DNA of 64,000 bases from positions 2,976,001 to 3,040,000 of the forward strand of contig OY760907.1 in assembly GCA_963664195.1 (NCBI GenBank). Direction: 5' to 3'. Within the stretch, counting starts at the first letter, position 1; each line of letters starts with the position of its first letter. Made by a program: the position numbers and the translations under genes. This document shows positions 29,825-40,055 of this stretch, piece by piece. The notes under the pieces were generated by a model. It was given only the letters and a program-made list of their open reading frames with translations, had not been told where the DNA came from and made no database searches. Origin of the DNA: an uncultured candidate division Zixibacteria bacterium (GTDB lineage Bacteria > Zixibacteria > MSB-5A5 > GN15 > FEB-12).

Positions 29825-32119
29825 TTGGAAGTCACTGCGCTTATTGACAAGGTACGGAACTACGACGGTAAACTGCCTCGGAAACTGAAGAATGACCAGC
29901 CGCTGGACGCTTATTCCGGCAAGACCCCGGCTGAATTGAGGAAGCTCCTCGAAACGATGCTCAAGGCGCGTCGTGTTGAACGCGAAGAAAAACTACTGTT
30001 GCGAAAAGGGTACAATCGGTTCTTCATCGGTTGCGGCGGCAAGGAACTGATCGATGTTGCCCTTGCCAGCTCGGTGCGGCCTACCGATCCGTTTGTCGGG
30101 TACTATCGCAACAAGGCCTTTGATTTGTATCGTGGCTCCACGCTCAGGACCAAGATGCTCGAAGCGATAGGCGACCCGAAATCCCCCAACGGCGGGCAGC
30201 AGATTCCGGCGCATCCGGGGTATCCTGAGTTCAACATCATTCCGCAGGCCTCGCCGACAGGTGGACATGCGCTTGAAGCAGCCGGTATCAGTGAGGCGAT
30301 TATTCATCCGACTCCTGTCTCGAAGCAGTCACACTACCCGGGAGGAGCTTTTCCGAAGGATGCGGTGACGGTCTGCGCGATTGGCGAGGGTTCCACTTCA
30401 GAGTCTGAGTTCGCGCGAGCTGTGTTCTATGCGTCGTTCTACAAAACCCCGGCGATTTTTGCGATCTACAACTGTGGCTGGGCGATTTCGGTGTCAGTCG
30501 AGGAGCAGTTCCCCGAGGGTGATCCGACCACGCCGTTTGAAGGATTTCAGCGGTTCGGCCTGAAGATCCTTCAGGTCGACGGGACCGATGTCAAAGACAG
30601 TCTCGCCAAATGTGCTGAGGCCGAGGAACACACTCGCTCCGGCAAGGGGCCGGTGTTGATGAATGTACGAGTGACCCGTGAGGGGTCGCACTCCGGTTCA
30701 GACGATCAGTCGTTCTATATGGACCCGGTCGAGCAGGACTGGCATACCTACAACGACTGTATCCTCAAGACCTCCAATGAATTCATCGAGGCCGGTATCG
30801 TCACGCCGAAAGAGTTCCAGAAGATGTGGGACGATATCGACGAGGCCATAACCGTTGAATCACAGCGGGCCGTCGCGGAGTTTGAGCCGAAAACCGCGGA
30901 ATTCATTGAGAGCTTTGTGTATAGCTACGATTTTGACGACTGCAAGAAGACATGGAAGAAATTCCGCGATGCCTGCAAGCATGACCGTGCGGCGAAGTAC
31001 AAGGAGTACCACGAAAAGGGTTACTTCACGACTCCGGAGCTTCCGGAAAACGCCGGTCCGATGACGATGCGGTTTGCGATCAACTACACATTGTTTGACC
31101 TGTTCATGTTGTCCGAGGACGTGTTGATGTTCGGTGAGGATGTTGCTGATTTCTCCGGGCACATGGCCACTGAATTCGAGAAGCAGGTCGGGTTGAAGGG
31201 TAAGGGTGGAGTGTTTCTTGTGTCGAAAAACCTTCAGCGTGAGTTTGGGAACGATCGCTGTTTCAACTCGCCGCTCGATGAAGCGGGTATTCTCGGGCGC
31301 GCTGCAGGGCACGCTTTGCAGGGACGTCGCCCGATCCCGGAAATCCAGTTCCTCGACTACATGTCACCGGGCTATCAGGTGTTGAAAGATCGTATCGCCA
31401 CGACTTACCAGCGTTCCGGCGGCAAGTACCGGATGCCGCTGACGATCCGCACGACCTACGGTGGATACAAGCAGGGCGCGGGTGCGTTCTGGCATTCCGA
31501 GGGCAATCTCGGAACCTGGATGAACATCCCAAGTCTGCTGATAGCGGTGCCGTCGAACGCCCGCGACGCTGCCGGTTTGCTCAAGACCGCCTGGGCTACG
31601 GATGACCCGGTGTTGTTCTGTGAATCGGTGGCACTGTACAACCGTCGCGACTGGGAAGGTGTCCCGATGGAAGCGGAACTTCCCGATATTGATGAGTTGA
31701 TCCCGTTCGGTGTGGCCAAGGTCTACGACGAGGAGCATACGGATATTGGCATTATTACCTACGGTGCCACTTTCCAGATGTGTCGTAAGGCATCGGAGAT
31801 TCTCAAAGAGAAGGGGATTCATGCGCGTATCGTGGATCTTCGCACAGTCAAGCCGATGGACGAAGAGTGTATCCTCCAGACGGCGAAGGACTGCGGTAAG
31901 GTGATGATTGTGACCGAGGATCGTTTTGCTGGCGGAGCCGGACCGACGATTGCGTCGGTGATCACGCGCGGGGAGGGGCTGTTCGATCTTGAGGCTCCGA
32001 TCAAGCTGGTGCAGCCGATTGACGCTCGTGTAGCATACGGTGTCGACGGTGACAACGCCTGCCTGCCGACGATTGACAAGATCGTCACAGCGGCCGAGGA
32101 GTTGCACGACAGTTACTAA
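29825..32119 (+). CDS. Fused E1 alpha/beta 2-oxoacid (probably branched-chain) dehydrogenase
   Basis: YYR, TPP motif GEG.TSE...N.GWAIS and SHSGSDD. Beta half has GEDVA, FNSPLDE.GI.G, EIQF.DY, HSE and IVDLRT.KP.D. Confidence 0.88.
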   Translation: MEVTALIDKVRNYDGKLPRKLKNDQPLDAYSGKTPAELRKLLETMLKARRVEREEKLLLRKGYNRFFIGCGGKELIDVALASSVRPTDPFVGYYRNKAFDLYRGSTLRTKMLEAIGDPKSPNGGQQIPAHPGYPEFNIIPQASPTGGHALEAAGISEAIIHPTPVSKQSHYPGGAFPKDAVTVCAIGEGSTSESEFARAVFYASFYKTPAIFAIYNCGWAISVSVEEQFPEGDPTTPFEGFQRFGLKILQVDGTDVKDSLAKCAEAEEHTRSGKGPVLMNVRVTREGSHSGSDDQSFYMDPVEQDWHTYNDCILKTSNEFIEAGIVTPKEFQKMWDDIDEAITVESQRAVAEFEPKTAEFIESFVYSYDFDDCKKTWKKFRDACKHDRAAKYKEYHEKGYFTTPELPENAGPMTMRFAINYTLFDLFMLSEDVLMFGEDVADFSGHMATEFEKQVGLKGKGGVFLVSKNLQREFGNDRCFNSPLDEAGILGRAAGHALQGRRPIPEIQFLDYMSPGYQVLKDRIATTYQRSGGKYRMPLTIRTTYGGYKQGAGAFWHSEGNLGTWMNIPSLLIAVPSNARDAAGLLKTAWATDDPVLFCESVALYNRRDWEGVPMEAELPDIDELIPFGVAKVYDEEHTDIGIITYGATFQMCRKASEILKEKGIHARIVDLRTVKPMDEECILQTAKDCGKVMIVTEDRFAGGAGPTIASVITRGEGLFDLEAPIKLVQPIDARVAYGVDGDNACLPTIDKIVTAAEELHDSY

Positions 32120-32142
32120 GGATTAGTCCTTTGGGATATGGG

Positions 32143-32182
32143 AAGACGCCGGATGGTTTTTGTGCTATCCGGCGTTTTTTTT
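32143..32182 (+). terminator. Intrinsic terminator
   Basis: GACGCCGGATGG...CTATCCGGCGTT followed by a T-run. Confidence 0.8.
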
Positions 32183-32303
32183 GTGTGGGATATTCGTCTT
32201 TGTTCCGTATCCGCTTGTGGTGCGAATGGATTCCCACCCGACGCTCCATTTCATTCCGCTCTGGGCGGGGTACCGAAGACCTTGCAGCTACGAATAGGCG
32301 TAA

Positions 32304-33815
32304 CTACATCCCCAACCGCGCCCTGACCCGTGCCTTGTCGTCCGGTTCGAGGACGAGGTAGGCCGCGATTGCCGTCGGGAGCGTGACAATGACAACGTTA
32401 ACAATCAGGCTCGGCCAATCAGTCGGAGGGAGCAAGCGCATGATCAGGATCGTCACCGGCAGGCAAACGAACATCGCCGCGAGACCGCTCCTGAGACCTG
32501 TCAACAGAATCCAGATTGTCGACATGTTCAGGGCACGTCCCATCAGCACGGGGTAGAGGGTGATATAAAGCAACAACTGCGGTACCGCCGCCGCGATAGC
32601 CATGCCGACCAGTCCGTATGGCTTGATGAGCACCAATGATAGAATCAGTTTCATTCCGGCCTCGAGCACCAGCACTTGCAGCAAGTACTTGTGTTTATCC
32701 GTTCCGAACAGCACCGCATTGCCGACGATCTGCGGCAGGAAAAAGGCGCTGCTCACTGCGAGAATACGCATCACCTCGGCAGCCTCCGCAAACTCCGGCT
32801 GCAACCAGAGAGCAACGAAAGGTCGGGCATACATTATCACCCCGGCGGACACAAAGAAAGACAAGAACGAAGCGTATCGGATGCCCTTGAGATACGTCTT
32901 CCGAATGGTTTCGGTGTCACCTTTGGCGTCGAGGTGCGAAATCGCTGCCGTCAGGGGCGTGGCTACGGCGTTGATGAGATTACGAAGCTGCAGCATCAGC
33001 ATGGCACCGGGCGCGTAGATTCCGGCCAAGGCCGAAGATGACAGCAGACCGAGCAACACGGTGTCGGTATTGAAGATCACCAGCCAGGCGAGGGTGATGC
33101 CGAAGGTGATTTTCGAGTAATGGAACAGGTCGCGCGCCGTTGATTTGTCAAACAGCCCCGGAGCGAACTTGACCTCGGGATGGAGTCGCTTCAGCAACAC
33201 GAACGCCACCACCTGCCGCAGGGCAGACATCACCACGATGGCGGTCGCCAGTGCTACTAGACCGTATCCGTTGTACAGAAGCCAGATCAGTACGGCAGCC
33301 CGCAGGATTTCCTCGATCACATTTAAGGCGTTGGCGATATCGAACCGCTGGAACCCGCCGAGTGATCCGGCGAACGGCAGAGCGAAGAACCGCAGCCCCA
33401 TATAGGCGCCGATGATGATGAGCGCCGTCTGGCCTTCGGCTACGAGGGCCGGATCGCCGATCTTGAAATAGCCGAATAAAAGGGTTGAAGTAAGCGCCGC
33501 TCCGGCCATAATTGCGAAACCGACGACGATGTAAAGCCCGAATGAGGTGTTGAGGGTGCGGTTGATGCGTTCGAAGTTTCGTTCGCTGAGATATTTGCTA
33601 ACGAACCGAACGAGCGCCTTCTCCAGACCGAAATCGAGAAGGACGAAGTAGTTGATAGTCTGGAAGACGATTACCCAGACGCCGTAGCGGGCATCGCCGA
33701 GAACCGCCGTGATATACGGGACAAAAAAGAAGCTGATCGTGATGCGAACCGCGTAGCTGGCCCATGATGACCAAATGTTCTTGAATAGTTGTTGCCGAAG
33801 TCTCGCCATTTGCAT
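32304..33815 (-). CDS. Wzx-like polysaccharide flippase (MOP superfamily)
   Basis: LG...YG.W...LDFGL...VRFVS and many TM helices. Confidence 0.85.
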   Translation of the reverse strand: MQMARLRQQLFKNIWSSWASYAVRITISFFFVPYITAVLGDARYGVWVIVFQTINYFVLLDFGLEKALVRFVSKYLSERNFERINRTLNTSFGLYIVVGFAIMAGAALTSTLLFGYFKIGDPALVAEGQTALIIIGAYMGLRFFALPFAGSLGGFQRFDIANALNVIEEILRAAVLIWLLYNGYGLVALATAIVVMSALRQVVAFVLLKRLHPEVKFAPGLFDKSTARDLFHYSKITFGITLAWLVIFNTDTVLLGLLSSSALAGIYAPGAMLMLQLRNLINAVATPLTAAISHLDAKGDTETIRKTYLKGIRYASFLSFFVSAGVIMYARPFVALWLQPEFAEAAEVMRILAVSSAFFLPQIVGNAVLFGTDKHKYLLQVLVLEAGMKLILSLVLIKPYGLVGMAIAAAVPQLLLYITLYPVLMGRALNMSTIWILLTGLRSGLAAMFVCLPVTILIMRLLPPTDWPSLIVNVVIVTLPTAIAAYLVLEPDDKARVRARLGM

Positions 33816-33908
33816 TATCCCTGTATGTCCGCAGTATAGGAGGATGCAACACGTGCGGCAACCGAATACTGAGCCGAATGCACGACCGGAGATTGACGGA
33901 ATGAATCA

Positions 33909-35096
33909 ATGATAGATAAGACGATCAAGAGTGCCCTCGCGTTCGTTTCAGTCGCCTGTCTGGCCCTGATCGCAGGTTGTGCCGGTACTCCGGGCGAACA
34001 ACTGGTCATGCAGCCTCGCAGAGTCCACTTCGGTATTCACTTGCCGTACCCCGAGCGCATACCGGTCTATGACGAAGACACGCTGATGATCAAGAAAGAA
34101 ATCGAACGGGCGGTTCCGTTGGTTGTGACCGTTGGCGCCGGAGGGAAGGTTGTTGATGTGCGTGTGGAAGAAGCAGGGGATGCTTTGGCTCTCGCCCACT
34201 ACGCACCTTACATCAGAGACATACGCTTTGAGCCGGGGATGGTTGACAGTGTGAAGGCGGAGATGGATATCCCCGTGGTCATGCATGTTGCCGCTCCCGG
34301 GACACGGCCCCGTTTCCTTTTCCCGGTGGAGCGCAACCGGGCGATCATCGAGACCGATCTGTATTGTCAGGCGCTGGAGATGAATGGTGTCACGCTGCCG
34401 GGAATCAAGTGGTTCCCTTCGTATGGTGGCAAGCCGGTGGCAGAGCCACGTCAGAAGAGCTATCCGTACATCCTGCTGAGAGTCAGTTTGGATGCCGCCG
34501 GGACTGCCACGACCATCGAGCCGGTTCTCTCGACGCATCCTGCTTTCACAGACCAACTGGTGTCCGCAGCCAACTGGGCTGAGTACACGCCGCTGGCCGT
34601 CGCGGGAGAGCCTCGTGAGTCTGAAAACTACGTTCTGATTTCATTCTTTGAAGATATCAAATATCCGACTCCGCTTCTGGATCTCAATACCGGGAATCCG
34701 TCATTGTCGGAACGACTACGTGTTCGCATCTATCCGGATACAGTCGGGTTGATGGCTTTGCCGATTCCGCTGAAGTCCGGGACAGGAAGTGTCAATTCCG
34801 CCAACGCCAAAAAGCTGCCCGAATTCCCCCTCAGCGGTCGGTTGATTGTCGAGCCGGGCGGTATTATCAGACTGTCAAATATCAGTCCGGACAGCCTGTC
34901 GATAAGAGAATCAAGAAACCTTCAGTTGGCTTGCCGCCAGATCATGGGAGTGCGGGTGAATATGGCCCCGGCGTTGGATTTCCAGGGGCAGCATCAACCG
35001 TATGTGGGACTGGTGCGCTTTGAACGGCAGTCCGAGGAACTCGTACGAATTGACTATAGCTGGCTATCGCGAATACTCCTGCGCACTGTCGATTAA
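33909..35096 (+). CDS. Lipoprotein with tandem TonB C-terminal-like domains
   Basis: Lipobox IAGC. Repeats of the V.V...G.V..V...F.P....G.P....V.F type. Confidence 0.55.
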   Translation: MIDKTIKSALAFVSVACLALIAGCAGTPGEQLVMQPRRVHFGIHLPYPERIPVYDEDTLMIKKEIERAVPLVVTVGAGGKVVDVRVEEAGDALALAHYAPYIRDIRFEPGMVDSVKAEMDIPVVMHVAAPGTRPRFLFPVERNRAIIETDLYCQALEMNGVTLPGIKWFPSYGGKPVAEPRQKSYPYILLRVSLDAAGTATTIEPVLSTHPAFTDQLVSAANWAEYTPLAVAGEPRESENYVLISFFEDIKYPTPLLDLNTGNPSLSERLRVRIYPDTVGLMALPIPLKSGTGSVNSANAKKLPEFPLSGRLIVEPGGIIRLSNISPDSLSIRESRNLQLACRQIMGVRVNMAPALDFQGQHQPYVGLVRFERQSEELVRIDYSWLSRILLRTVD

Positions 35097-35383
35097 CTCA
35101 TATAGCCGTAACGAGTTACGGTTGTGTCGTTCGATTGGCGGAAAAAGGCAGCGCAGATTCTGCGTTCCAGAAGTTTTGGGGGGTGCCTCTTCGTTCTGTT
35201 CTTGTTCATCTCATAGCACAATATAATACAACAGGTTAGCCTACGGCCGCGTCTCGCCGGGCATTTGCGGCACGCATGTTGTCCCATTCGTGTGTGAAGG
35301 TGTTGTCTTTCGTTTCTCGGGCTTCGGCCCACTCACCCGGGAAGAAAGGCATTAGGTAAGTGTATAACGGATGGAGGTCAACG

Positions 35384-35614
35384 ATGGTTATGGCGACACG
35401 AATACTGAATTTAGTATCGGCCGTGTTCATACTGGCGACCGGAATCTACCTGGTGAAAACGTTCGCGGATATAATGTCCCCGACTGCACAGATCGCGATT
35501 GGGACTGTGACAGTTACCTACTTCGCGATGCAGTTGAACAGACAGGTATTCCGGTGGTTGGAGCCGTCCCGGAGCAGGACCTCTCCCGTGAGTCGAGAAC
35601 AATTTAGTTCTTGA
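35384..35614 (+). CDS. Small two-TM membrane protein
   Basis: GGAGG SD before ATG 35384 and two hydrophobic helices. Confidence 0.55.
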   Translation: MVMATRILNLVSAVFILATGIYLVKTFADIMSPTAQIAIGTVTVTYFAMQLNRQVFRWLEPSRSRTSPVSREQFSS

Positions 35615-35662
35615 CTTTGAGTAACGAGCGTATATTTTTCGAGTCTTATGCGGAGTAACCTT

Positions 35663-37669
35663 ATGAGTGGGAAGACCTTGAAACAACACGTTTTAGCGAC
35701 CACCCTGAGTGTTTTGGCTGTGTTAATCTTCTGTTTCGCAACAGGGGCAGCCCAGACAAACGACGAGCGAGTTCAGGCCGCTCTTGATGCCGGACATATC
35801 AATGACGCTATCCAGATTCTTCAGGATGCCATCGACGCTGACCCTTCTTACTACGTGAACTACTACCAGCTTGGCGGTATTTACTATGATCAGGAGCAGT
35901 GGGCGAAGGCGGCGAAGCAATTTGAGATCACACTGGACAGGCGCAGCAAGAGCTATGAGGCGCTGTACTTCCTCGGACGTTGCCAGATCAATCTGGATCA
36001 GCTCGACAAGGCCGAGAAGTCGCTTTCTCTGGGGCTGAAGAAGGCCAAGGATCTGAAGGCCTGGTTTGAGAACGGGATGGGGGTGCTTGAACTCAAGCGA
36101 GGCAATTACAGTGATGCCGACATTATGTTCCGTCGCGCCCTCGCTGAGAATGAGAGCCGTCAAGCCAAAGAAATCAAAGACATTAACAACAAGAAGTACA
36201 CCGATGAAGAGCGTGAGGCGTTGATCGAGTCCACCAATGCTCGTTATGCGCGAGAAAATGCGGAATACGCTATTAATCTTGGTGATGCGAACTTCTACCA
36301 GGGCGTACCTGCTCTGGCTATTGCCGAATACGAACGTGCTCTTGAAATCGACACCGCCAGCACCGAAGTGTATTATCACTGGGCTGAGGCCTGTCTCGAG
36401 ATCAAAGATTACAACTGCGCGATTGAAAAGCTGCGCGTTGTCCTGACAAAAGATAGCACGCACGCTCCGGCTTGGAATCGTGCGGGAGGCATTTACTACA
36501 AGGCAGCCCGTTCGAGTCGTAATCGAGAGGAACGTAAGGGTCGGTTTATCGACGCTATCGGTTCCTACAAGAAGTACTTTGAACTGACCGGTGCCCAGCC
36601 TGATTCTGCGAATGTCCGTGCTTATTTCGAGACGGCGATGGCGTATGCCAGTATCAACGGGTATGAAGACGCCGCGGAGTATTTTGACAAGGTTCTGGCC
36701 ATTCCGTTCGAGCCGAAAGACATATATTTCTACTATGGCAAGTCACTCTGCATTGTCCGCGACTATGTGCGAGCCGCCGATATGCTCAAGAAACATATCG
36801 ACTGGGTGGCCGCTCAGGATGACGACTATCAGAATCGGATCGACGACGGAGAGTTGTATCAATTGCTTGGCGACTCGTACTTCTACCGTGATCCCAAGGA
36901 TTTCAGCACGGCTGTTCGGTACTACAAGAAATCGCTGGAAGACCGCCCCGATCAGAAGCGTATTCTGCAGAACACCGCGGTTGCGTTCCACAGCCTCAAG
37001 CGATACGGCGAGGCTATCGAGTTCTACGACAAGCGCATCGCTCTCGGGATCGACTCCGGTTCGGTGGGTATCTTGAAGAATGCCGGGCTTTGTGCGCTGA
37101 ATATAGCCGGTGGTGCCTCGGATGACGAGGACGAGGATCTCGAAGAGTTTGAAGAGGATGCGGAACCTGCCGCGCCGATAGGCGTTGATCCTGAGAAGGA
37201 CTATTATGAAGTCGCAATCGACTATATGAACGGCTATCTGGAGATCATTCCGGATGATACGACCGTTATTCTCAGAGTCGCCAACACGTACCTGTATCAA
37301 TTGCAGGACTGCGCCAACGGTGTGAGCTACTTTGAGCGCCTGCTGACCCTGACTCCGGACAATTGTCAGGCCAAGAAATCCCTCGGGTATGCCTATTTTG
37401 GCGGCGTGTGTAACAAGGACTACGGTACCGCCCTGAAGTATTTACGCGGTGCCTATGACTGTCTTTCTGCCGCTGAAGGCGGCTGTGCTGACGTTTCGCT
37501 CGTCAAGTGGATCGCCCAGTGCTATCACCTTCGGGCTGCCGCCGCTACCGGCGACACAAACAGTGATTATAAGAACGCTTTTGATTGGTATGAGAAAGTG
37601 CTGAAATGTGATCCGAGTGACGCCGAAGTGCAAAAGGCTCGGGACGAGATCAGATACGAGTTCAACTAG
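35663..37669 (+). CDS. Exported tetratricopeptide-repeat protein
   Basis: Signal peptide and many TPR units (Y..LG..Y.....A...F..A...P). Start is 35648 or 35663. Confidence 0.88.
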   Translation: MSGKTLKQHVLATTLSVLAVLIFCFATGAAQTNDERVQAALDAGHINDAIQILQDAIDADPSYYVNYYQLGGIYYDQEQWAKAAKQFEITLDRRSKSYEALYFLGRCQINLDQLDKAEKSLSLGLKKAKDLKAWFENGMGVLELKRGNYSDADIMFRRALAENESRQAKEIKDINNKKYTDEEREALIESTNARYARENAEYAINLGDANFYQGVPALAIAEYERALEIDTASTEVYYHWAEACLEIKDYNCAIEKLRVVLTKDSTHAPAWNRAGGIYYKAARSSRNREERKGRFIDAIGSYKKYFELTGAQPDSANVRAYFETAMAYASINGYEDAAEYFDKVLAIPFEPKDIYFYYGKSLCIVRDYVRAADMLKKHIDWVAAQDDDYQNRIDDGELYQLLGDSYFYRDPKDFSTAVRYYKKSLEDRPDQKRILQNTAVAFHSLKRYGEAIEFYDKRIALGIDSGSVGILKNAGLCALNIAGGASDDEDEDLEEFEEDAEPAAPIGVDPEKDYYEVAIDYMNGYLEIIPDDTTVILRVANTYLYQLQDCANGVSYFERLLTLTPDNCQAKKSLGYAYFGGVCNKDYGTALKYLRGAYDCLSAAEGGCADVSLVKWIAQCYHLRAAAATGDTNSDYKNAFDWYEKVLKCDPSDAEVQKARDEIRYEFN

Positions 37670-37706
37670 CAATCTAAGCATAACGCATAATTGGTAGGAT
37701 AGATGA

Positions 37707-38666
37707 ATGGCAGACGGGGATAAGAAAAGCCCGGAAAAGCGACGAATCACCGAGAGAGAGCGTTTCCGCTACATCGGGTTCGAAGTCTTTCGGGGCGCAC
37801 CCAAAGACTTGTTCAAGAATGCCGCAGAGAAGGAGAAGTACGAGAAGATACTTGCTGCCAAGCGCGACAAGGGCGAGGTGATCCGAGAGGATTGCAAGCT
37901 GTTGGAAGACCGCGTTTCAATGTCCGAGCGCATTGTGTTGGCTGTATCTTCAATCGCGATTCTCCTGTCCCTGTTGTTGCCCTGGTACTCGGCCTACAGG
38001 GAAGTCACCAAAGAGAAGGAAGTGGTGGTCGAAGAGGCCGCAGTTCCGGTGGATTCCCTGCTGGCTGACAGTGCCCTGGTTGCTCAGGCTGAAGGAGATT
38101 CACTTGCCCTGGCCGCGGCTGCTGTGAATACGGTTGATGACGGGGTTGTCGCTGACGAGGGCGGCCCTGAGGTTCAATCGCATGCAGGACGGACCTCCAG
38201 GGAAGAGATCATTACCGGACATCAGGCTAAGAAGCAGAAGGAGAGAGTCTACACATGGCTTTCCGGGTTTGGCGCATTTGCCTCCCTTGGCGAAGTTGGT
38301 GGTGGCCTGTTCTCCTCCGGATTCGTTCTGGTTGTTTCCGGTATCTTGATGCTGCTGTACGGTCTTCTGTGCATTGGCCTGCCGGTACTGAATTTGTATG
38401 GTATTTTCGGCCTCAAGGGGACTCCTGACGAGGTAGCGATCAAGTTGAAGAAACTGCTTCGTTTGAACTGGCTGCCGATAGTCTTGTTCACCGGGGTGGT
38501 TTTCCTGTCTTTTTTCGGAGCTGACTACGGTTTCAGCACGGAAGAGACGTTTAAGAGTTTCGGTGACAGCTACGGTCCTGCTGTGTTGCTCGGCTCTCTC
38601 TCATGGGGAGTGTTTGTAGCCATGGCGGCCTCGGTGCTGGTAGCCGTAAAAGGTATCGAAATATAA
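37707..38666 (+). CDS. Membrane protein of unknown function in the Ton operon
   Basis: Charged N-terminus, TM ending LPWYS, an acidic loop, and about three further TMs. Confidence 0.75.
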   Translation: MADGDKKSPEKRRITERERFRYIGFEVFRGAPKDLFKNAAEKEKYEKILAAKRDKGEVIREDCKLLEDRVSMSERIVLAVSSIAILLSLLLPWYSAYREVTKEKEVVVEEAAVPVDSLLADSALVAQAEGDSLALAAAAVNTVDDGVVADEGGPEVQSHAGRTSREEIITGHQAKKQKERVYTWLSGFGAFASLGEVGGGLFSSGFVLVVSGILMLLYGLLCIGLPVLNLYGIFGLKGTPDEVAIKLKKLLRLNWLPIVLFTGVVFLSFFGADYGFSTEETFKSFGDSYGPAVLLGSLSWGVFVAMAASVLVAVKGIEI

Positions 38667-38695
38667 TAGTCCTATTTTTTGGAGGATAGAGTCAC

Positions 38696-39454
38696 GTGGT
38701 CAAGCAAACTCTATTTGTAACAATTAACGCTATCGTGGCGTTTGCAATTGGATTCGGACTCTGGTACGGAGTCTTCAGAACTTCCACAAACCCGATCGTT
38801 CACTCAGTGTACAAGGGCGGGCCGCTCGTGGTATTGCTCATCATGATTTTCATCATGTTGTTGGTTTTCATCATCGAGCGCTACTTCTCACTGTACGCTG
38901 TTGCCAAAGGCAAAAGCTCGGTACAGGTCTTCTTCAAGAAGCTGATCACCCTGCTCCAGGGCGATGATTTCGACGGTGCCTTGGCTGCCTGCGACAAGCA
39001 GCGTGGTACGACGGCCAATGTCCTTCGCGCCGGTATCGAACGGTATCGCGAAATAAAGGGCGAGGCTGCCTACGACAGTGAAAAGAAGCTTCAGCTCACG
39101 CAGACGGCTATCGAAGAGGCCAACGCCCTCGAGGGGCCGCTGCTTGAGCGTAACCTGATCGCCCTGTCAACTATTGCTTCGATCGCTACCATGGTCGGTC
39201 TGCTCGGAACTACGATTGGTATGATCCGTGCCTTCGCCGCCACCGGTAACGTGGAGGGTGGTGTTATCGACGCTACCGCTCTGGCAACCGGTATTTCCGA
39301 GGCGCTGGTGAACACGGCCGGTGGTCTGCTCTCCGGTATTCTCGGTATCTTCTTCTATAACTTCTTCGTGAATAAGGTTGACGCGTTCAACTACACGACA
39401 GACGAAGCTACTTTTGAAGTGATGCAGTTGTTGAAGGTCAAAGAAGGTAAGTAA
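38696..39454 (+). CDS. exbB: MotA/TolQ/ExbB proton channel
   Basis: IERY, L.TIASIATMVGLLGTTIGMIRAF and GISEALVNTAGGL. Confidence 0.93.
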   Translation: MVKQTLFVTINAIVAFAIGFGLWYGVFRTSTNPIVHSVYKGGPLVVLLIMIFIMLLVFIIERYFSLYAVAKGKSSVQVFFKKLITLLQGDDFDGALAACDKQRGTTANVLRAGIERYREIKGEAAYDSEKKLQLTQTAIEEANALEGPLLERNLIALSTIASIATMVGLLGTTIGMIRAFAATGNVEGGVIDATALATGISEALVNTAGGLLSGILGIFFYNFFVNKVDAFNYTTDEATFEVMQLLKVKEGK

Positions 39455-39457
39455 GCA

Positions 39458-39967
39458 ATGGCGATTAAGAAGAAACGCCGGGTAGCTATCCGGATTGATA
39501 TGACGCCGATGGTGGATATCGCCTTTCTGCTGCTGATCTTCTACATGGCGACAACCACCTTCAAACCACCGGAAGCCCGTGCTGTGGATCTTCCGGAATC
39601 GCACTCGCAGATCGAGCTTCCGGACAAAGATATTATCAATATTACGGTTACGAAGAACGACTCGATCTTCGTCGACCGCGTGGAACTCGTGGAGATTGAA
39701 GTCGACGGCGAGATGGTTGAGACCAAGGGTCGGCGTGTGATGAATACCGACGTCTACGGCGTTGCCGCTGAGATTAACCGGGCACGTGCCGGTCAGTTGC
39801 GCGCGCTGGTAGTCATTAAGGCCGATCAGGATGCCAGTTTCGGCATCATGCAGGACGTCATGAAACAGATGCAGGAAAATAGCCTGGAACGCTTCCTTAT
39901 TATTACCGACAACGAAGTTGAAACGTCGGCGAAAGAAGAAGCCGCGCCGGGCGGGGCAGAGCGCTAG
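39458..39967 (+). CDS. exbD: ExbD/TolR family protein 1
   Basis: IDMTPMVDIAFLLLIFYM and IKAD. Confidence 0.93.
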   Translation: MAIKKKRRVAIRIDMTPMVDIAFLLLIFYMATTTFKPPEARAVDLPESHSQIELPDKDIINITVTKNDSIFVDRVELVEIEVDGEMVETKGRRVMNTDVYGVAAEINRARAGQLRALVVIKADQDASFGIMQDVMKQMQENSLERFLIITDNEVETSAKEEAAPGGAER

Positions 39968-40055
39968 AACAGCTTTGGCAAACAAACCGCAAGGTTTGGG
40001 CGTCAAACATATTGGCCCCTTGCATATACCACTCGAAAGGAGTGTGATTTAATAG

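Noticed and set aside
32200..32295. Possible REP-like or structured element between convergent genes
   Set aside because: Only weak imperfect symmetry and a single copy in the window.
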